From contig NC_089433.1 of NCBI RefSeq assembly GCF_026210795.1, positions 2,108,001 to 2,172,000 of the forward strand: 64,000 nt of DNA, in the 5' to 3' direction. This document shows, piece by piece, positions 14,978 through 28,900 of this stretch. Under the pieces are notes generated by a model. It saw only the letters and a program-made list of their open reading frames with translations, was not told the origin of the DNA and did no database searches. Each line of letters begins with the position of its first letter. Within the stretch, counting starts at the first letter, position 1. The stretch comes from Rhizophagus irregularis (taxonomy: Eukaryota). The translations under genes were made by a program, and so were the position numbers.

Positions 14978-16322
14978 CACTGCCCTACAATAAATTACCG
15001 GATTTGACAAAATTTGCATAGCAATTTTCACGTTGCATATAAGTTTATGAATTTTTAATAAAATTCAGCCAGAATTTTTTTATTTGAAAGCTGATCATAG
15101 ATAGTTTTTATGTATCAAAATAAATAAATATGATTAATTATAAATATAAAAAAGTTTTCTCATTGCAAAATAATACAAAAAATTATGAAATTCTCACTTT
15201 TTTTCAGTAATGGATCAACTCTTTAAAATTTTAGAAAATTTTCTTTATTTTTTAATACAAGAAAGCTACAATTGATTGGCTTTCAAACAAAAAAAGTTTG
15301 ACTGAATTTTGTAGAGAATTCGTTAAGTTTCATATAGACTAAAATTTGTCAATTATTGTTAATTTTACTATGTAATTACAAATTTTTATAAGATTTACTA
15401 GTAAAATTGTTGATTTTCGGGCTATATGAAACTTTATGAATTCTCAATAAAATTCAGTCAAAATTTTTTTATTTGAAAGCCAATAAATTGTAGCTTTCAT
15501 GTATTAAAAAGTAAAGAAAATTTTCTAAAATTTTAAAGAGTTGACACACCCTATAAAAAGTATTATACTTAAAATATACTTAAAATATACTTAATTTAAA
15601 AATTGCAAAATACTTATAATATATTTTTAATATATCTAAAATATACTTAAAATTATCTTAAAATATATGTCTAATATATTTAATTTTTGCTCATATATTT
15701 AAAATATATTTAAATTATATTTAAATTAAAATTTAAGTATATTATAAGATTATTATAAGTATATTTTTTATATACTTAAAATATACTTAAAATATATTAT
15801 AAAATATATTATAAGAATATTTTAAGTATGTAAAAAATATATCTATAATATACTTAAATTTTAATTTAAATATAATTTAAGTATATTTTAAGTATTTGGG
15901 CAAAAATTAAATATATTAGAAATATATTTTAAGATAATTTTAAATACATTTTAAGTATATTATAAGTATTTCGCAATTTTTAAATTAAATATATTTTAAG
16001 TATATTTTAAATATATTTTAAGTATATTTTAAATATATTTTAAAAAGTTTTTAATTATATTTTAAATATAAATACTTTTTATAGGGCCATTGCTGAAAAA
16101 AAGTGAAAATTTCATAATTTTTTGTATTATTTTGCAATGAGAAAACTTTTTTATATTTATAATTAATCATATTTATTTATTTTGATACATAAAATCTATC
16201 TACGATCAACTTTCAAATAAAAAAATTCTGGCTAAATTTTATTAAAAATTCGTAAACTTATATGCAACGTGAAAATTGCTATGTAAATTTTGTCAAATCC
16301 GGTAATTTATTGTAGGGGAGTG
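14978..16322. mobile_element. Fold-back MITE with TA TSD (Tc1/mariner-like), containing a nested element
   Basis: Long inverted arms starting CACT(G/C)CCCTACAATAAATTACCGGATTTGAC; TA on both sides (14976-14977, 16323-16324). Confidence 0.8.
15549..16086. mobile_element. AT-rich fold-back element nested in the previous MITE
   Basis: 16-bp TIR CCCTATAAAAAGTATT / AATACTTTTTATAGGG; internally palindromic; splits the right arm of the host MITE; no clear TSD. Confidence 0.65.
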
Positions 16323-16674
16323 TATTAAAAAAATTGTAAAAAATTCTTAATAATTATAAATCCCAATAAAAAATATTTACCTCTATAGTGTGGATGAAGT
16401 AAGTATGCTAAAAGATAAAGTTGGATATTGAATTCTTGCCAACATTTATTAAAAAGTTTAATACATTGATATTTAAAGTTATAATCAGAAATAGGTGGAA
16501 GTGATTTAATTTTTCATGTAAGTTTAATTAATTTAACAAAACAATCTGCAAGAATGCAAGTGTTGTTGTTTTAAATTCTAATGATTTAACAACTGATTTT
16601 ACAGGTTCTAAAAGGATATTTACAGCTTTTACATCGGTAAAAAAAGATTGACTTCAAATAAGTTCTGAAATATT

Positions 16675-16919
16675 TAAGGTTGCCTACCTAAACCTTTCCA
16701 AATTTCTACAATTAGTTTCTCCAAAATTTTACTATAGTTTTATTATAGTTTTGGTAAAGTTTTGGCAGTTTTGGCATTTATAGTAAGTTTCATCAGGTTT
16801 CACTTTTCTCCAGAGTTTTGCCAACTTTTTAATAAGACCTTCATATAGTTTCAGCAAAGTTTCGCTATTTCAGCATTTCGCCAACTTGCCAAAACCCTTT
16901 AGTTTCTCCAGCAACCTTA
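16675..16919. mobile_element. Small degenerate hAT-like MITE
   Basis: TIR TAAGGTTGC / GCAACCTTA; degenerate 8-bp TSD GAAATATT / GAAACATC. Confidence 0.45.
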
Positions 16920-19900
16920 GAAACATCAGTACTTAACTTTTTTGGAGTTTCATTTAAAATCTTGATTATTAAAAAAAAATTAGTAAACAAATATATAATG
17001 CAAAAATAACATACTATCCTTTCTTAATCCTTACATTTTTAAGTATTTGTTCTAATTACAAAATAGAATCTGTGCAATCCCAAGCTGTAGTCCACCTAGT
17101 TATAACATAAGTTTTTAGTCTATCTCTTTTTATTTCATTTGTTATCTTTGAACGTAACTCTTCACCAGTTTGATAAGATTGCTTAAAGTATTTAACTATT
17201 TTTTGACATTTTGAAATAACATCCTTTGCAAATATTGTTTGCAAATATCAGTCGAAATCAAATTTACATGATAAGTGATGCATCTGATTGGTAATATGTG
17301 TTTGTACTTTGTATCGTTCAGCAATTCTTTTTTAGTAGCTGTACAAGCAGATGCATGATCTGATACAACTGCTGCAAAATTTTCTGCACCAACTTTAGTG
17401 ATTACTTTATTCAATTAATCAGCAAGAAAATTTACCGTTATCACCGGCATCTGCTATATACCGATAGATGAAGTCCTAATATTTATAAATATATATATCC
17501 TTGTTTGGTTTAGATTTTATTATTTCAATTTATTCAAAATTTCAAACTGTGATAATTTCCTTTAATATCTTCATAATATCATTATTTTTGTTTTATTAAT
17601 TTTTATTTTAAATATTAATTTTATCAATTATTAAACGTTTTCTAATATGAAGCCATATTAGTAACTCTATATTAACAACTAATACAATTATTAATAACCA
17701 TTAATTTTCCCAGTTCCAATCTGAAGATTGGTCTTTAACCATTAATAATTTCAATTTCAATCCGAAGATTGGTAGAGTTCAATCAACTCCAAAACCTCGA
17801 TCTTAAATATCTTTTCAAGTTACAATAATAAATTGATTATCTCTCGATTATCCATCTAAAACTCAACATTTCCCATCACAATTTATCAATTTATCATTAT
17901 CCATGACTTTGTTCAAACTATCCATCATAATTTGTTATTATCCATAATTTGTCTAAACTGTCCATAATTTTTATTGTCCATAAATTGTCCATTCTATTGT
18001 CAAAGTCCTCCTAATATTATATCATTTCATTAACGTGATAATAATCTATTTATACTAAACTAATAATAACTAATCTAATAATATAAATAATTATAAATAA
18101 CTGAACTATAAATAAATATTACTATAAATAACTATCTATTGTACAATTATAGTAATGTATTTTCTAATTATTTCAGTTAAATATTCTTCCATCAGCTGAA
18201 TGTTTATCCATATTCCATTTGGTATATTATTCATCCTTCAGGTAATTATTCTTCTGATTACGTGATTATCTTGATATCAAGGGTTATACCATATAAGAAT
18301 TTGCTGAAAGATTTTTTATGCAATATCAGATATATAATCTCTTTTCGATTAGATGTTATAATTACAAATGCATATAACAATTGCCCTAAAGGACTTGTTC
18401 AACCATCAAAACCTATTTAAAAATAATAATAATTAATAAATTTGTTTCTAATAATAAAAAAAAAAATATTTTTTATTTTATTACCCAACATTAAATTTTT
18501 TGTTCTCTTCAGTTCTAAATGCTGATCAACTACAATGTTAGCTAATTCTTCATATAAAAAATCTTGTGAAAGTGTATTTGCAGATGAAGGATCATATTCT
18601 AAATATAAACTTTTAACCATATCAATAAAAAATGGATGTTCAATAAGACGAAAGGAGACTCCACAGCAAATAAAAAATTTTACTACTGTACGATCACAAA
18701 TTTGCTTTTTAATTAGTTCTATTGTATTAGATTCACTGTATTTTATAATTAATTGCTGATGTCCTATTTTTTTTAGATGGTACTTCTGCTGCTTCTAATT
18801 GAAAAGTTCGACTTTCACCACGTGTTTTAACCATAAATAAAAATTTTTCTTTGATATCTGAGGGTACTTTATTATGACAACTAAGCGCTAAGTGTACTTT
18901 TATACTATTAGGTTCACTATATGTTTGACTTCATGAACAATATTTACACTTGCAATCTTGATGTCCTTCTTTTTTTTCTTCAATAGCTGTAAAAAAATTC
19001 TAAATTTCTTTTAGTTTTTAACCTGGCTTAGCATTTAGCTTTTTTTAGTATAAAAGATATTGGATTTTCACTTTCACTTATTTTTACTTGTTTTATTTTA
19101 TAAAAGAAAAGCAGCAAAACAAAGAAAACTTCAACATTTGAATAAAGAATATCAAACAAATATGCATTATGTATAATTTGATGTACAAAATGTAATATAA
19201 TATACTATGACGTTATTGACATAAATCATTTTGGCAATTTCAGCAATTATGTCTGTAATTTGTATAAATTCAATTTGGCTGTAAAAATAAATATGGCAAT
19301 ATGTCAAAAAAAATGGTCATGCTAAAATTATTACGACAGATTTTTACAGACATAATGCCAAACTGTAATTAATTCGCGGAGAAATATATACTAAGTGATT
19401 GATCTCACATAACTGGTCTATACTACAATAGTGAATTTGAATTTATTGCTTGAAGTGAAGCAAGTAAAACAATATTCTGCTCTATTTCTATAGTACTATT
19501 CACTATATAATCTATAATTTCCATGTTTTCTATTACAAATAGGATACAGTGAGCTCTATGGCTGAGATGATGCAAAAATATAATTATCAATCTCTCTAAA
19601 ATTCAAAATATAGAAAGTGCTCTAAGACGAATTTGATAATTAATTCTTGATTAGATTTGACTTCGAAAGTAATAGGCCCTTTTTCTTCACATTGCTCAGA
19701 AAAAGATAAATCAGATATTTTATTTTCTGGTTTTGAATTTATGAAAAGGTGATCATCTGATAATTATCATGGCTTAAGTTCTGTTTCTCTTTTATATTTT
19801 TTGTATAAATTGGAGCAAATCTTATTTAATAAAATATTTGGCAAACTAGTTAATTTAGTATGCCAATTCAGATATTCAGGGATTAGTATTTTATCAGATT

Positions 19901-20127
19901 TGATTATTTTTTTTTTTATATTATTGCAAACAATTTAAATCCCTTTTTTCTTATAATTCAAAAATTTTCAGATAGAAAGCTGTTTAATAATATTTCATTC
20001 TTATCATATTTTTAAAAAATAGTTAAATAAATCATTTCCTGTTGTCTAAAAGATCAGAAAGGAGTAATTAGATTATGCAGTTATCTCAATTTTACGCTGT
20101 TCACATTTAATAAAATAATATTCAGCT

Positions 20128-21287
20128 TTATACCTGGTACCTTCTATATATACTTTCTTCATCATCATGATCTAATTTACATAATGGATATGATGTTCCA
20201 TCAGTAATTCCATAATAATCAAAATTTTCACTATTAAATTCTCTATATAGATTAGAATATTGATCTAATATCTTGTTGCAAAAATAGATGTGATTATAAG
20301 TTGGATTATTTCTATTTGCTTGATGTGTGATTAATGAAATTATTTCTGGTGTCATGATTTTTTTTTCATGTGATGAAAACTGATACTTAATATAGTAAAA
20401 ACCTTTTATACATCGGCCAATTACCTTTCCTTTACTATACTCATTCTCACACCCTAAACATAAACCTGAACTCTTAAATTCATACCCATCATTACATTCA
20501 TCATTATAATATAGTAATGATAGATAAGGATATTCTTTTAATGTCATATTGATATAAGGAGTACAAGCATCATATGGGATGATCGGTGAATTATCTGAAC
20601 TGATTACAGAGGAATTATTTGAAAAATTAGAGTCATAAGATGGAGTAATAGATGTGGTTGAAATGTTTATCTCAACTAAATCTAAGTATTACCTTTGTGT
20701 TTCAGATGCATTATTCTAATTATTTTTTGGGGTCTGATAATTACCAGTGATCAGCATAAAATCTATAATATTTTGGATTTGAGTATTATTAAGGCTTAAA
20801 ATTGCATTTGTATTATAGGTAATTTGCTTTATTTTTCACATCTACTGCATTAAATAATTTATATAATTTTCTTGCCTTAGATAGTTATTAACGTAGATTA
20901 ATATTACTAATATATCTGGAAGTAGTTTTTTAACTTCTTGGTATACTTGTTGTTTCATAGTATTAATTTTAACTTTATTGATAATACGAATTTCATTAAT
21001 TCTTTTATCATAACTTTCTGCAAAACCATATTAGTATAAAATCTCCTCATGTTCAGAATGAATAACTTTTCAAAACTTATAGATTATACTCTTTGCTGTA
21101 ATAAAAAATTGCTATTTTTTATTGATTACTGGTGAATTAAGCAAAATTTTTATATCTATATTAATGGATAGAACAGATAGTTGTTGCATTAAGTCATATT
21201 CCACTTCCTGTTTAGAAGGAACAGTGAAATTGCCATCTTCAAATAAATTCTTTCTGAAGGATAAGTTATAGTCCAACTAGTTACCCT
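20128..21287 (-). pseudogene. 3' part of a decayed gene into which the 42-kb element inserted
   Basis: ORF 20128-20547 has Cys-rich repeats (YPYL...CLGC; ...PLCKLDH). Degenerate coding-like sequence runs up to the TSD; the matching 5' part appears to lie beyond the right TSD. Confidence 0.45.
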
Positions 21288-21337
21288 AGCCGTTTATTAC
21301 TAAATAATATAATTATATTATTTAGTAATAAACGGCT
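21288..21337. repeat. Perfect 50-bp terminal palindrome (left)
   Basis: AGCCGTTTATTACTAAATAATATAA|TTATATTATTTAGTAATAAACGGCT is its own reverse complement. Confidence 0.98.
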
Positions 21338-22791
21338 TAGATTAGGTTATTTAAGTAGGTAACAGTCTAACAATAAGTAGGTAATAATCTAAAATAATGT
21401 TACTTAGTTATTGTTAAACTGTTGCCTAGTTATGACTAGGTAATAATCTAAAATAATGTTACTTAGTTATTGTTAAACTGTTGCCTAGTTATGACTAAAT
21501 AATTTAAATAATCTAAATAATCGAAATATACCTATTTTTATTTAGTTCTATGCATCAATAATCATTTTCTAATATAATTTATGATATTGGGATTCTATGG
21601 TTGATTGGTTGTTGAATTCTATGTTGGAGGTCTGGTTTGTCTGCAATTATTTGGATTCTAAGTTTTATGATGAAGTTTTTGCCATTCTGCGCCTCTTTGG
21701 TTGCCTGTTAAGGATTCGAGAGTGCTTCCTTCTTCACCTATTTTGTTATCCATCAAAATGCTGAAATATGGTAAAAAAATATCATGTCAGGTGGCGCAGT
21801 GTATAATTTCTGGCCGATCTTTGGGACACATGATCTAAGTTGGCACTATGATAGTAACCTGGTAGTGCCCGGAACTCTCCTGGAACTGTCGTGGAACTGG
21901 CAGGGGAATCTGAGTGCTTATTAGTTCGCCAGTTTCAGGCCAGCTTGGATGCCGAAATATTATGCCCAAAGATCTGGCCAAAATTGTGAAATAGTGCTGG
22001 CCGATTTTATACTGCGCCTTACTGCGCCAGTCACGTGATACTGTTCGGCACCGGAACACCCTCACATAAGTTACTTGATCAGCCATAGATAAAAAATCGG
22101 TTAAATTTGGCCGGCACTATGGTATGTAATTCTAGCGGGCTAGTGATAGGGTATTCTTCTTCTAATATTTTATATAATGATTACGCAGAAGAATATCTAA
22201 ATATCACCTATTAGGAATATGTTTATTCGCGATTTGCTTGTCTAGAAAGATGAAGGCTTCTCCCAATATTTTATATAATGATTACAGAGTTACCTTCACT
22301 TGTTGATACATATCAGTTGCCTATTTGTTGCCAGTACATGTATGCCAATTTCGATTACCGGTATAGGCGGTATATATTGATTCTGACCAGGCCTTCCATA
22401 CCCAAGTACATATCTAGAAAAGTGTACCCTTCTGCCATTTTTATATAATAGATTACGCGGAGGCTATACCATATCCGAGTACATATCTAGGAAGATTAGG
22501 GTATGGAAAAGTTCAGGTCCAGGACTTTAGGACTGAGTCTTTGAACTCAGTCTTGGTAAGACCTAGTCCTAATTTTGGGACTTAATTTGGACGGTCCCAA
22601 ATCGGTTTTTATAATAAACAATATAAATAAATTTAGAGATTAATTTCGCAGATCTTTACTGCAATTTAATAAGTCATGTGAAATATGTAAATCATGACAC
22701 GTCTCTTACCGTCAAAATTTTCGCGTTTTGCATTTTACTTTACTTCACTCTTCCCATTGTTTTTTCCTTCCCATTAAATTTTTCAGTAAAA

Positions 22792-25109
22792 ATGTCTTAT
22801 TCGAATTATGATTTTGAAGATTTTAACAATTTTGATGAATTTGAACCTTTTGAACAAGATGCACCTCCTATAGAAGATGAAGAAAATGATGATAATGATG
22901 ACAGTGAAGAAGAAACCTCACCTCAATCTCGCCGAACTTCACCAACATGGAAGTATTTTAACGAACAAACAACTCAACATCCAGGATATCCAGTTTGTTG
23001 CAAATGTCAATGTGTTTTTGGAAAAAAAACTGGAATTTCAACTTTAAAACGACACTTAGAATCTATACATAAAATAAAGATAGGAAATGTCAAAAATACA
23101 GGAAAGAATCAAAGTATTTTGAATTTTAGGCAAACTGATCCTTGGCCTGAAAAAGAAAAAAAATGAACGAGATATTGCAGTAGTAGAGTGGGTAATTGGA
23201 GATGCACAACCCTTCCGTTCTGTTGAAAATTTGCGATTTAAAATTATGATCAATAAATTTGATTCTCGATATCAAATTCCAGATGAAAAAACAGTAAAAA
23301 CTTTGGTAGTTGATTATTTTAAAGAAAAACGTAAAAATATACAAGAAGATCTAAATGCAATTCTGGGCAAATTATCTTTAACAGCCGATATGTGGACTTC
23401 AACATGTAATAATGATGCATTTCTTGGCCTGACAATTCATTATGTTGACAATAATTGGAACCTAAAAAACTTTTTATTAGATATTATTTCTTTTACTACC
23501 CGTCATACTGGAAATAATATAGCAAATGCAATAAAATCAGTTTTAACAGAATTTAATCTACTTGAAAAAACTTTGGCTTTAACTACTGATAATGAATCGG
23601 CGATGGTAGTTTGTGGAAGAATAATTGCAGAAGAACTTACAAGAGAACTTAATGATCAGTCTTTTCGACATTATAGGTGCTCTGCACATATTTTAAATTT
23701 GGCCGCGCAGCAAGGAATTAAAATTATTGATGATGAGGTTGTTAAAATTCGTGAGTTAATGAAAAAAATTAAACACTCAACTCTAAGGTGTGATAGATTA
23801 CGAGAATTGTGTTCAATAGAAAATTTAACATATTACAAACCACAATTAGATGTTGAGACCAGGTGGAATAGCACCTATTACATGATTGTAAAATTCCAAA
23901 AAATGTTGCGACCTATTGAAATGTTAGCTGCAACAGATCAAGACATTAAAAAATTCGTACCGGACGCGCAAGGATGGATAAAAATAAATGTAAGTGTTAG
24001 CTATTCTTCATTAATAACGATATTAACATTAATTAATAACATAACTAATCCAAAAAATAAACTACATTATGACTAATTTACAATATAAATAGGATACACT
24101 TACGTTACTGGAACCATTAGAAAAAGCAACAGTATTGCTTTCAGCTTCCTCCTATCCCACCATTTCTGATGTAAGGTTTTTGTTTCTTGGAATCCAACAA
24201 CATCTAAACGATTATATTGGAAAAGAAGAATTTAGTCAAAGTGAAGTAGCATCATCAATACTTCAAAAAATTGATCAGTATTGGGAAGTAGTGGATTCAT
24301 CTACCTTAGCGTCTACGGTACTAGATCCACGCACAAAACTTACTTTGTTTTCTGCTGGAGAAGAATCAACAAATGCAATTAATGCAGTAAAAAGGCGTTT
24401 TTCTGAATATCATACACCAATGTCTCAACCAGCTGTAATTAATCATGATAATGGTGAAATAGCAAGCACTCGTGATTACTTTCATCAATTAAAGAGGAGG
24501 CGATTAAATAATAGTACCGCATTAAATATTACAAGACCATCAACTGGAATTTATGAGGAGATTGACCGGTATCTTGCTTTGCCATGTGATGATAATGTTG
24601 CGCCATTGCTATGGTGGCAGGTTCATTTTCGAGAGTTTCCAGCATTAGGTGCAATGGCACGAGACTATTTATCCATTCAGGCTACTAGTGTTACGTGTGA
24701 GCAAGCATTTTCTGTGGCGAGTAATACTCACTGGTAAAAAAATGGTCTATCCTACACATATCCTACACATATCTTACATATATCGGGTACTCAAAATGTA
24801 GAAAATCATACACAAATAATACACATATCATACACATATCGGGTACTTATATATATAGTATACCTATCAGGTACCTGATATATGTATGATATATATATTA
24901 GTACCCGATATGTGTATGATATGTGTATTATTTGTGTATGATTTTCTACATTTTGAGTACCCAATATGTGTAAGATATGTGTAGGATAAATCATTTTTTT
25001 ACCAGTGACTATAACTCGCACAAGAAATAGATTGCAACCAGATACGTCTTGTGCATTATTGTGTTCAAAAAGTTGGCTTGAAAAAGGAATAGGAAAGAAA
25101 AGAAATTAA
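22792..25109 (+). pseudogene. hAT transposase (BED finger, DDE core, dimerisation domain)
   Basis: WKYF...CCKC...LKRHL...H BED finger; LTADMWTS, TTDNESAM, RCSAHILNL, TRWNSTY, WW...ATSVTCEQAFS. Frameshift in the A-run at ~23160, intron 23990-24092, MITE at 24729-25007. Confidence 0.9.
24729..25007. mobile_element. CACTG-type (CACTA/CMC) MITE inside the hAT transposase
   Basis: TIR CACTGGTAAAAAAATG / CATTTTTTTACCAGTG; 3-bp TSD ACT; removing it restores ASNTITRTRNRLQPDT...KSW. Confidence 0.92.
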
Positions 25110-25976
25110 GAGTAATGGGTAACGTTTAATTGTTTATAGTAATATAATCACTGTATATACTTTTATTAATCAAGTTCAGAAAAATTTTTTTCAACTTACA
25201 AAATAAAAAATGTGGCTTTGGTGGGAATTATTACAACGCCATTACTTAAATGGTTAGCATTTTGATTATCGACGAATTAATAAATTTTTTTTGTAGCTCG
25301 TAATAAATAAATTATTTAAGTATTTTTTGTTTAAAATTAACCAATCAATTCAATCGGGACTAAGTCCTAACTTAAGTCCTAGTTTCGGTCCTTAAACTGG
25401 GTCCGGTCTGTCCATGTGCCAGGACCTGTAAGTCTTGGGACTTTAACCGGACTGTAACGGACTTTCCATTCCCTAAGGAAGATGGGGCTTCTGCCAATAT
25501 TTATATAATAATTACGCAGAAGGCTTCACTTTTTAGGGTAATACCTGACCACATATCTAGAAAAATTAGGTCCGAAGAAGTCTTCATATCATAAAATAAG
25601 TCTTCCGCCAATATTTTGCGCACTTGCCTACCCTAGATATTATATCATATCTGGGTACATATCTAGGAAGGATAAGTCTTCTGCTATTATTTTGCGCACT
25701 TGCTTACCCTAGATGTCATATCATACCTGGGTACATATCCCTAAGCACTTCTGAAGTTACCTCATATCCGGACACATACCTAGGAAGATTAAGCCTTCTG
25801 CCATTTTTATATAATATAATTCCGCAGAAGGCTTCATTTTTTCAGATACATCTGAGTGTCTTTCTTTTACGTCTTGCTTAATAAGTTCGCTATCGCCTCT
25901 TTTTTCGAAGGACGAAAAAATTAATTAAACATTTCGGAAATATATTGGAGTATATAAAGTTTTACTTACTGACGAC

Positions 25977-28900
25977 ATGCATACCTCAACTATTTCTGAC
26001 CAAACTGTTCGAGGAACTCTCGCCCGCTACAACGGCGCCGGCCTTTTAGCTGGTATCCCATCACATAATGATATTGTGGCAGAATTCGATAATGGGATGA
26101 CCACTATACTTCAACAAAGCCTATCCGGCAAGCAACCCATACATTTCATGCCTACTGAAGTTAGTGATGATATCGAGGGGTATTCCTCCTATATCTTGCG
26201 TATCACTGGTTCTTTGATTAATGGGCAAAAGGTGGTCGTGAATATCACAGGTATCCGACCATTCTTCGATGTTGAAGTACCTGAAAACCATTCCCCCTCT
26301 TCACTTAAGACCACATTAGCACGCATTTTATCAGTTACACTCAAAAATACAACAAAATTTGGGTTTGAGGATATTCGTGCTTTTCCACTTCAGGGCTATT
26401 ATACAGAAAAGAAAGCATATATCCGTATAAGGACGTGGAACCACTTTGATCGGTATAATGCCCTAAAAGCAGTTCGTGAAGTCGGCATTCGTACAGCCTC
26501 AGATGATCTAAACTGCCAGTATTATTACCGCAAAGTAGCTCGTGAAGAACGATTACCTCTTTCAAGCTGGGCCGTATTAAGCAATTATTTATACGAATTC
26601 ACCCCGGATGGTACTTACCTATTTCGACTATCTGTGGATAATTATAATCCAATAAGTGAGGACGATTATAATAATTCATTATTCTCCTCGGCACTTACGA
26701 GGGATCGAACCCTCATACTCACATGGGATATTGAGACATATAGTTCACGAAAAACAGGCGAGGTGCCTAACGCAAAATATGATAAAGACAGAGTGTTTAT
26801 GATTTGTATGACAGTGCATTGGAAAGATGATCCCGAACTGTTAAAACAAATCTGTCTTGTCGATGTTGAAACAGCACCAGAGCCAGGCTGGATCACAATT
26901 GTATGTGGATCCCAGACAGATTTAATAAAAGCATTCACTTTATGTTGGCAACTTCTAGCCCCAGATATACACATAGGATTTAACGATTCTCAATACGATT
27001 GGCGGTTTATTGTAGAGAAAGTTAATAAATTAGGAGTTCTCGAATGGATGTTCAATCATATGTCATTCAAGCCATCGAGCCTGGAAAAAATTATAAAATG
27101 GGAATATCGATATAATATGATAAAAGTAAATGATGGAAAATTCCATTCGAAACATCTTAAAATTCCGGGATGTGTAGCTATTAATGTCTGACCCTGTTTT
27201 ATGGGAATTTATTCTAAGGCTGAAAAGAGTAGTTTAGCATTTTACCTAAATGAATGTGGGCTTGAAAGTAAAATGGATATGCCTATTCACCGCATGAACA
27301 AATATTATGAAAGGGCATTAAAAGAGCCAGATTCCATGTCGGCCGAACAAATGCGTGAAGTGGCCAAATATTGTATTATCGACGCTCTTAGTTGCCAGCG
27401 GTTAATGGTAAAGCATAATGCAATTAATGAGTATAGAGAGGTGGCATCCGTAGCCTTCTTATCATTATTTGATGCACATTATTTTGTGGGAGGTATGAAG
27501 GTTTGCAACCTTTTAAGTGCTAGCGCATGGCAAAGAGGGATCCTAACCAGTATGATTTCAAGCCAACAAACAGAAACTGGAAAATACCCTGGAGCCTATG
27601 TTTTCCCACAAGTAAAGGGTCTCGAAAATAGACGTCCTGTAACTGGCTTAGATTTCGCATCTTTGTATCCAAGCCTTATCATGACATACAACCTTTCGCC
27701 CGATAAAATGATTTTATCTCGAGAACGTGCTGAACAAAGTGGTAAAAAACTCCACGAAATTAGTTTTAAATTCAATAATTAGGATTGTCTCGTATGGTCT
27801 ATCCAACATAATAACATTCCCGAAGAAAAAGGTCTCTATGCCATTGTGTTAGAATATTTATCTAGTAAACGGAATGAGATGAAAAAACGTCTCGCTCCCT
27901 TGAAAGAGAAAAAGGAAAACATGGATCTGGTAATTGGTTTAATGGATAAAGGTTTATCATTACCAGGAGCTATTGAGCAAGTCTTAGCAACTACAGAGGA
28001 AAAAAAGCGTGCCAGCCTTAGCAAAAGTTTACATCATTTTATTAATAAGAAAAAACATGAATTTATAGCAGAATATGATTCTATTTGTTTCGACTGCTCT
28101 TGCTTAGATGCGAAACAATATGCTCTTAAGGTGTACATGAATACATTTTATGGCACTGCTGGAGATAGTAAATCCCCCTTCTTCTTGCGTGAACTTGCTG
28201 GGAGTGTTACTTCGGCTGGACAGAGAAATATCAAATTCGTTGCGGATTTCGTCAAGAGAAAGGGATTTGGAATAAAATATGGTGATACGGATTCCTTGTA
28301 TCTAGTCTGTCCAGAAGAACGCTTCCAGAGGTGTGATGAGGCTTATGATAGTGGCAACGGGATCTCAAAAGAAGAATATTGGTCTCGAATGGTGGAAATC
28401 TCTATGGTGGAAATGGAAAAACTTCGTGATGAAGTTAATGACTTTCTCAAGGAAGATAACGGATCCCCTTATCTTAAAATGGCATATGAGAAAGTCTTAT
28501 TTCCGGTAGTATTTACTGGAAAGAAAAAATACTATGGTATCCCGCATGAAAGCAAGCCGAACTTTAATAAAAAGCTTTTCATTCGGGGAGTTGAGGTTGT
28601 AAAGCGGGGGCAGTCTAAACACTTTCGTGAGGTGGGTAAGAAGGTCATGGGAGAATCTATGAGGCTGGATAATACTCGCACCTTGCGTCGGATTGTGGAG
28701 GACGTGCTCAAAGAGACCATAAATGATATTTCACAGATAGATCTTAATGGGGTGATTAAAACTGCTGTGTGGAAGCCCGATAAGAATAACAAGAGTGTTC
28801 AGCGTTTTATTTCACGAATGCGAGACAGACATACTCGTGAAGAAGCAGACGCCAAACGGCTCATAAAAAGAGGGCTAACATCCGAGCCTTATCTTTATGA

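Larger units (their letters stand above)
14480..19030 (-). pseudogene. hAT-family transposase remnant interrupted by several insertions
   Basis: Fragments AVVSDHASAC, IRCITYHVNLI, TYVITRWTT and a dimerisation-like LTWW...LALKILAITPYNARCKRVFS. Confidence 0.7.
22497..25475 (+). mobile_element. Full-length hAT transposon inserted in the left TIR
   Basis: 8-bp TSD AGGAAGAT (22489-22496 / 25476-25483); TIR TAGGG(T/A)ATGGAAA; subterminal GGAC/GTCC motifs; the right TIR shows the empty site. Confidence 0.95.
21288..26043 (+). repeat. Left terminal inverted repeat (~1.77 kb after removing the hAT insertion)
   Basis: Reverse complement of 61507-63286 with scattered substitutions; interrupted at 22497-25475. 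Confidence 0.95.

Noticed and set aside
17436..18290. Possible solo LTR or other insertion within the hAT remnant
   Set aside because: It clearly interrupts the transposase frame, but TG...CA ends and a TSD could not be established.
21282..21287. 6-bp TSD (TACCCT) or 3-bp TSD (CCC)
   Set aside because: The 6-bp reading needs asymmetric ends. The 3-bp reading extends the ends past the palindrome and loses AG...CT. 5-bp ACCCT with symmetric AG...CT ends is the simplest reading.
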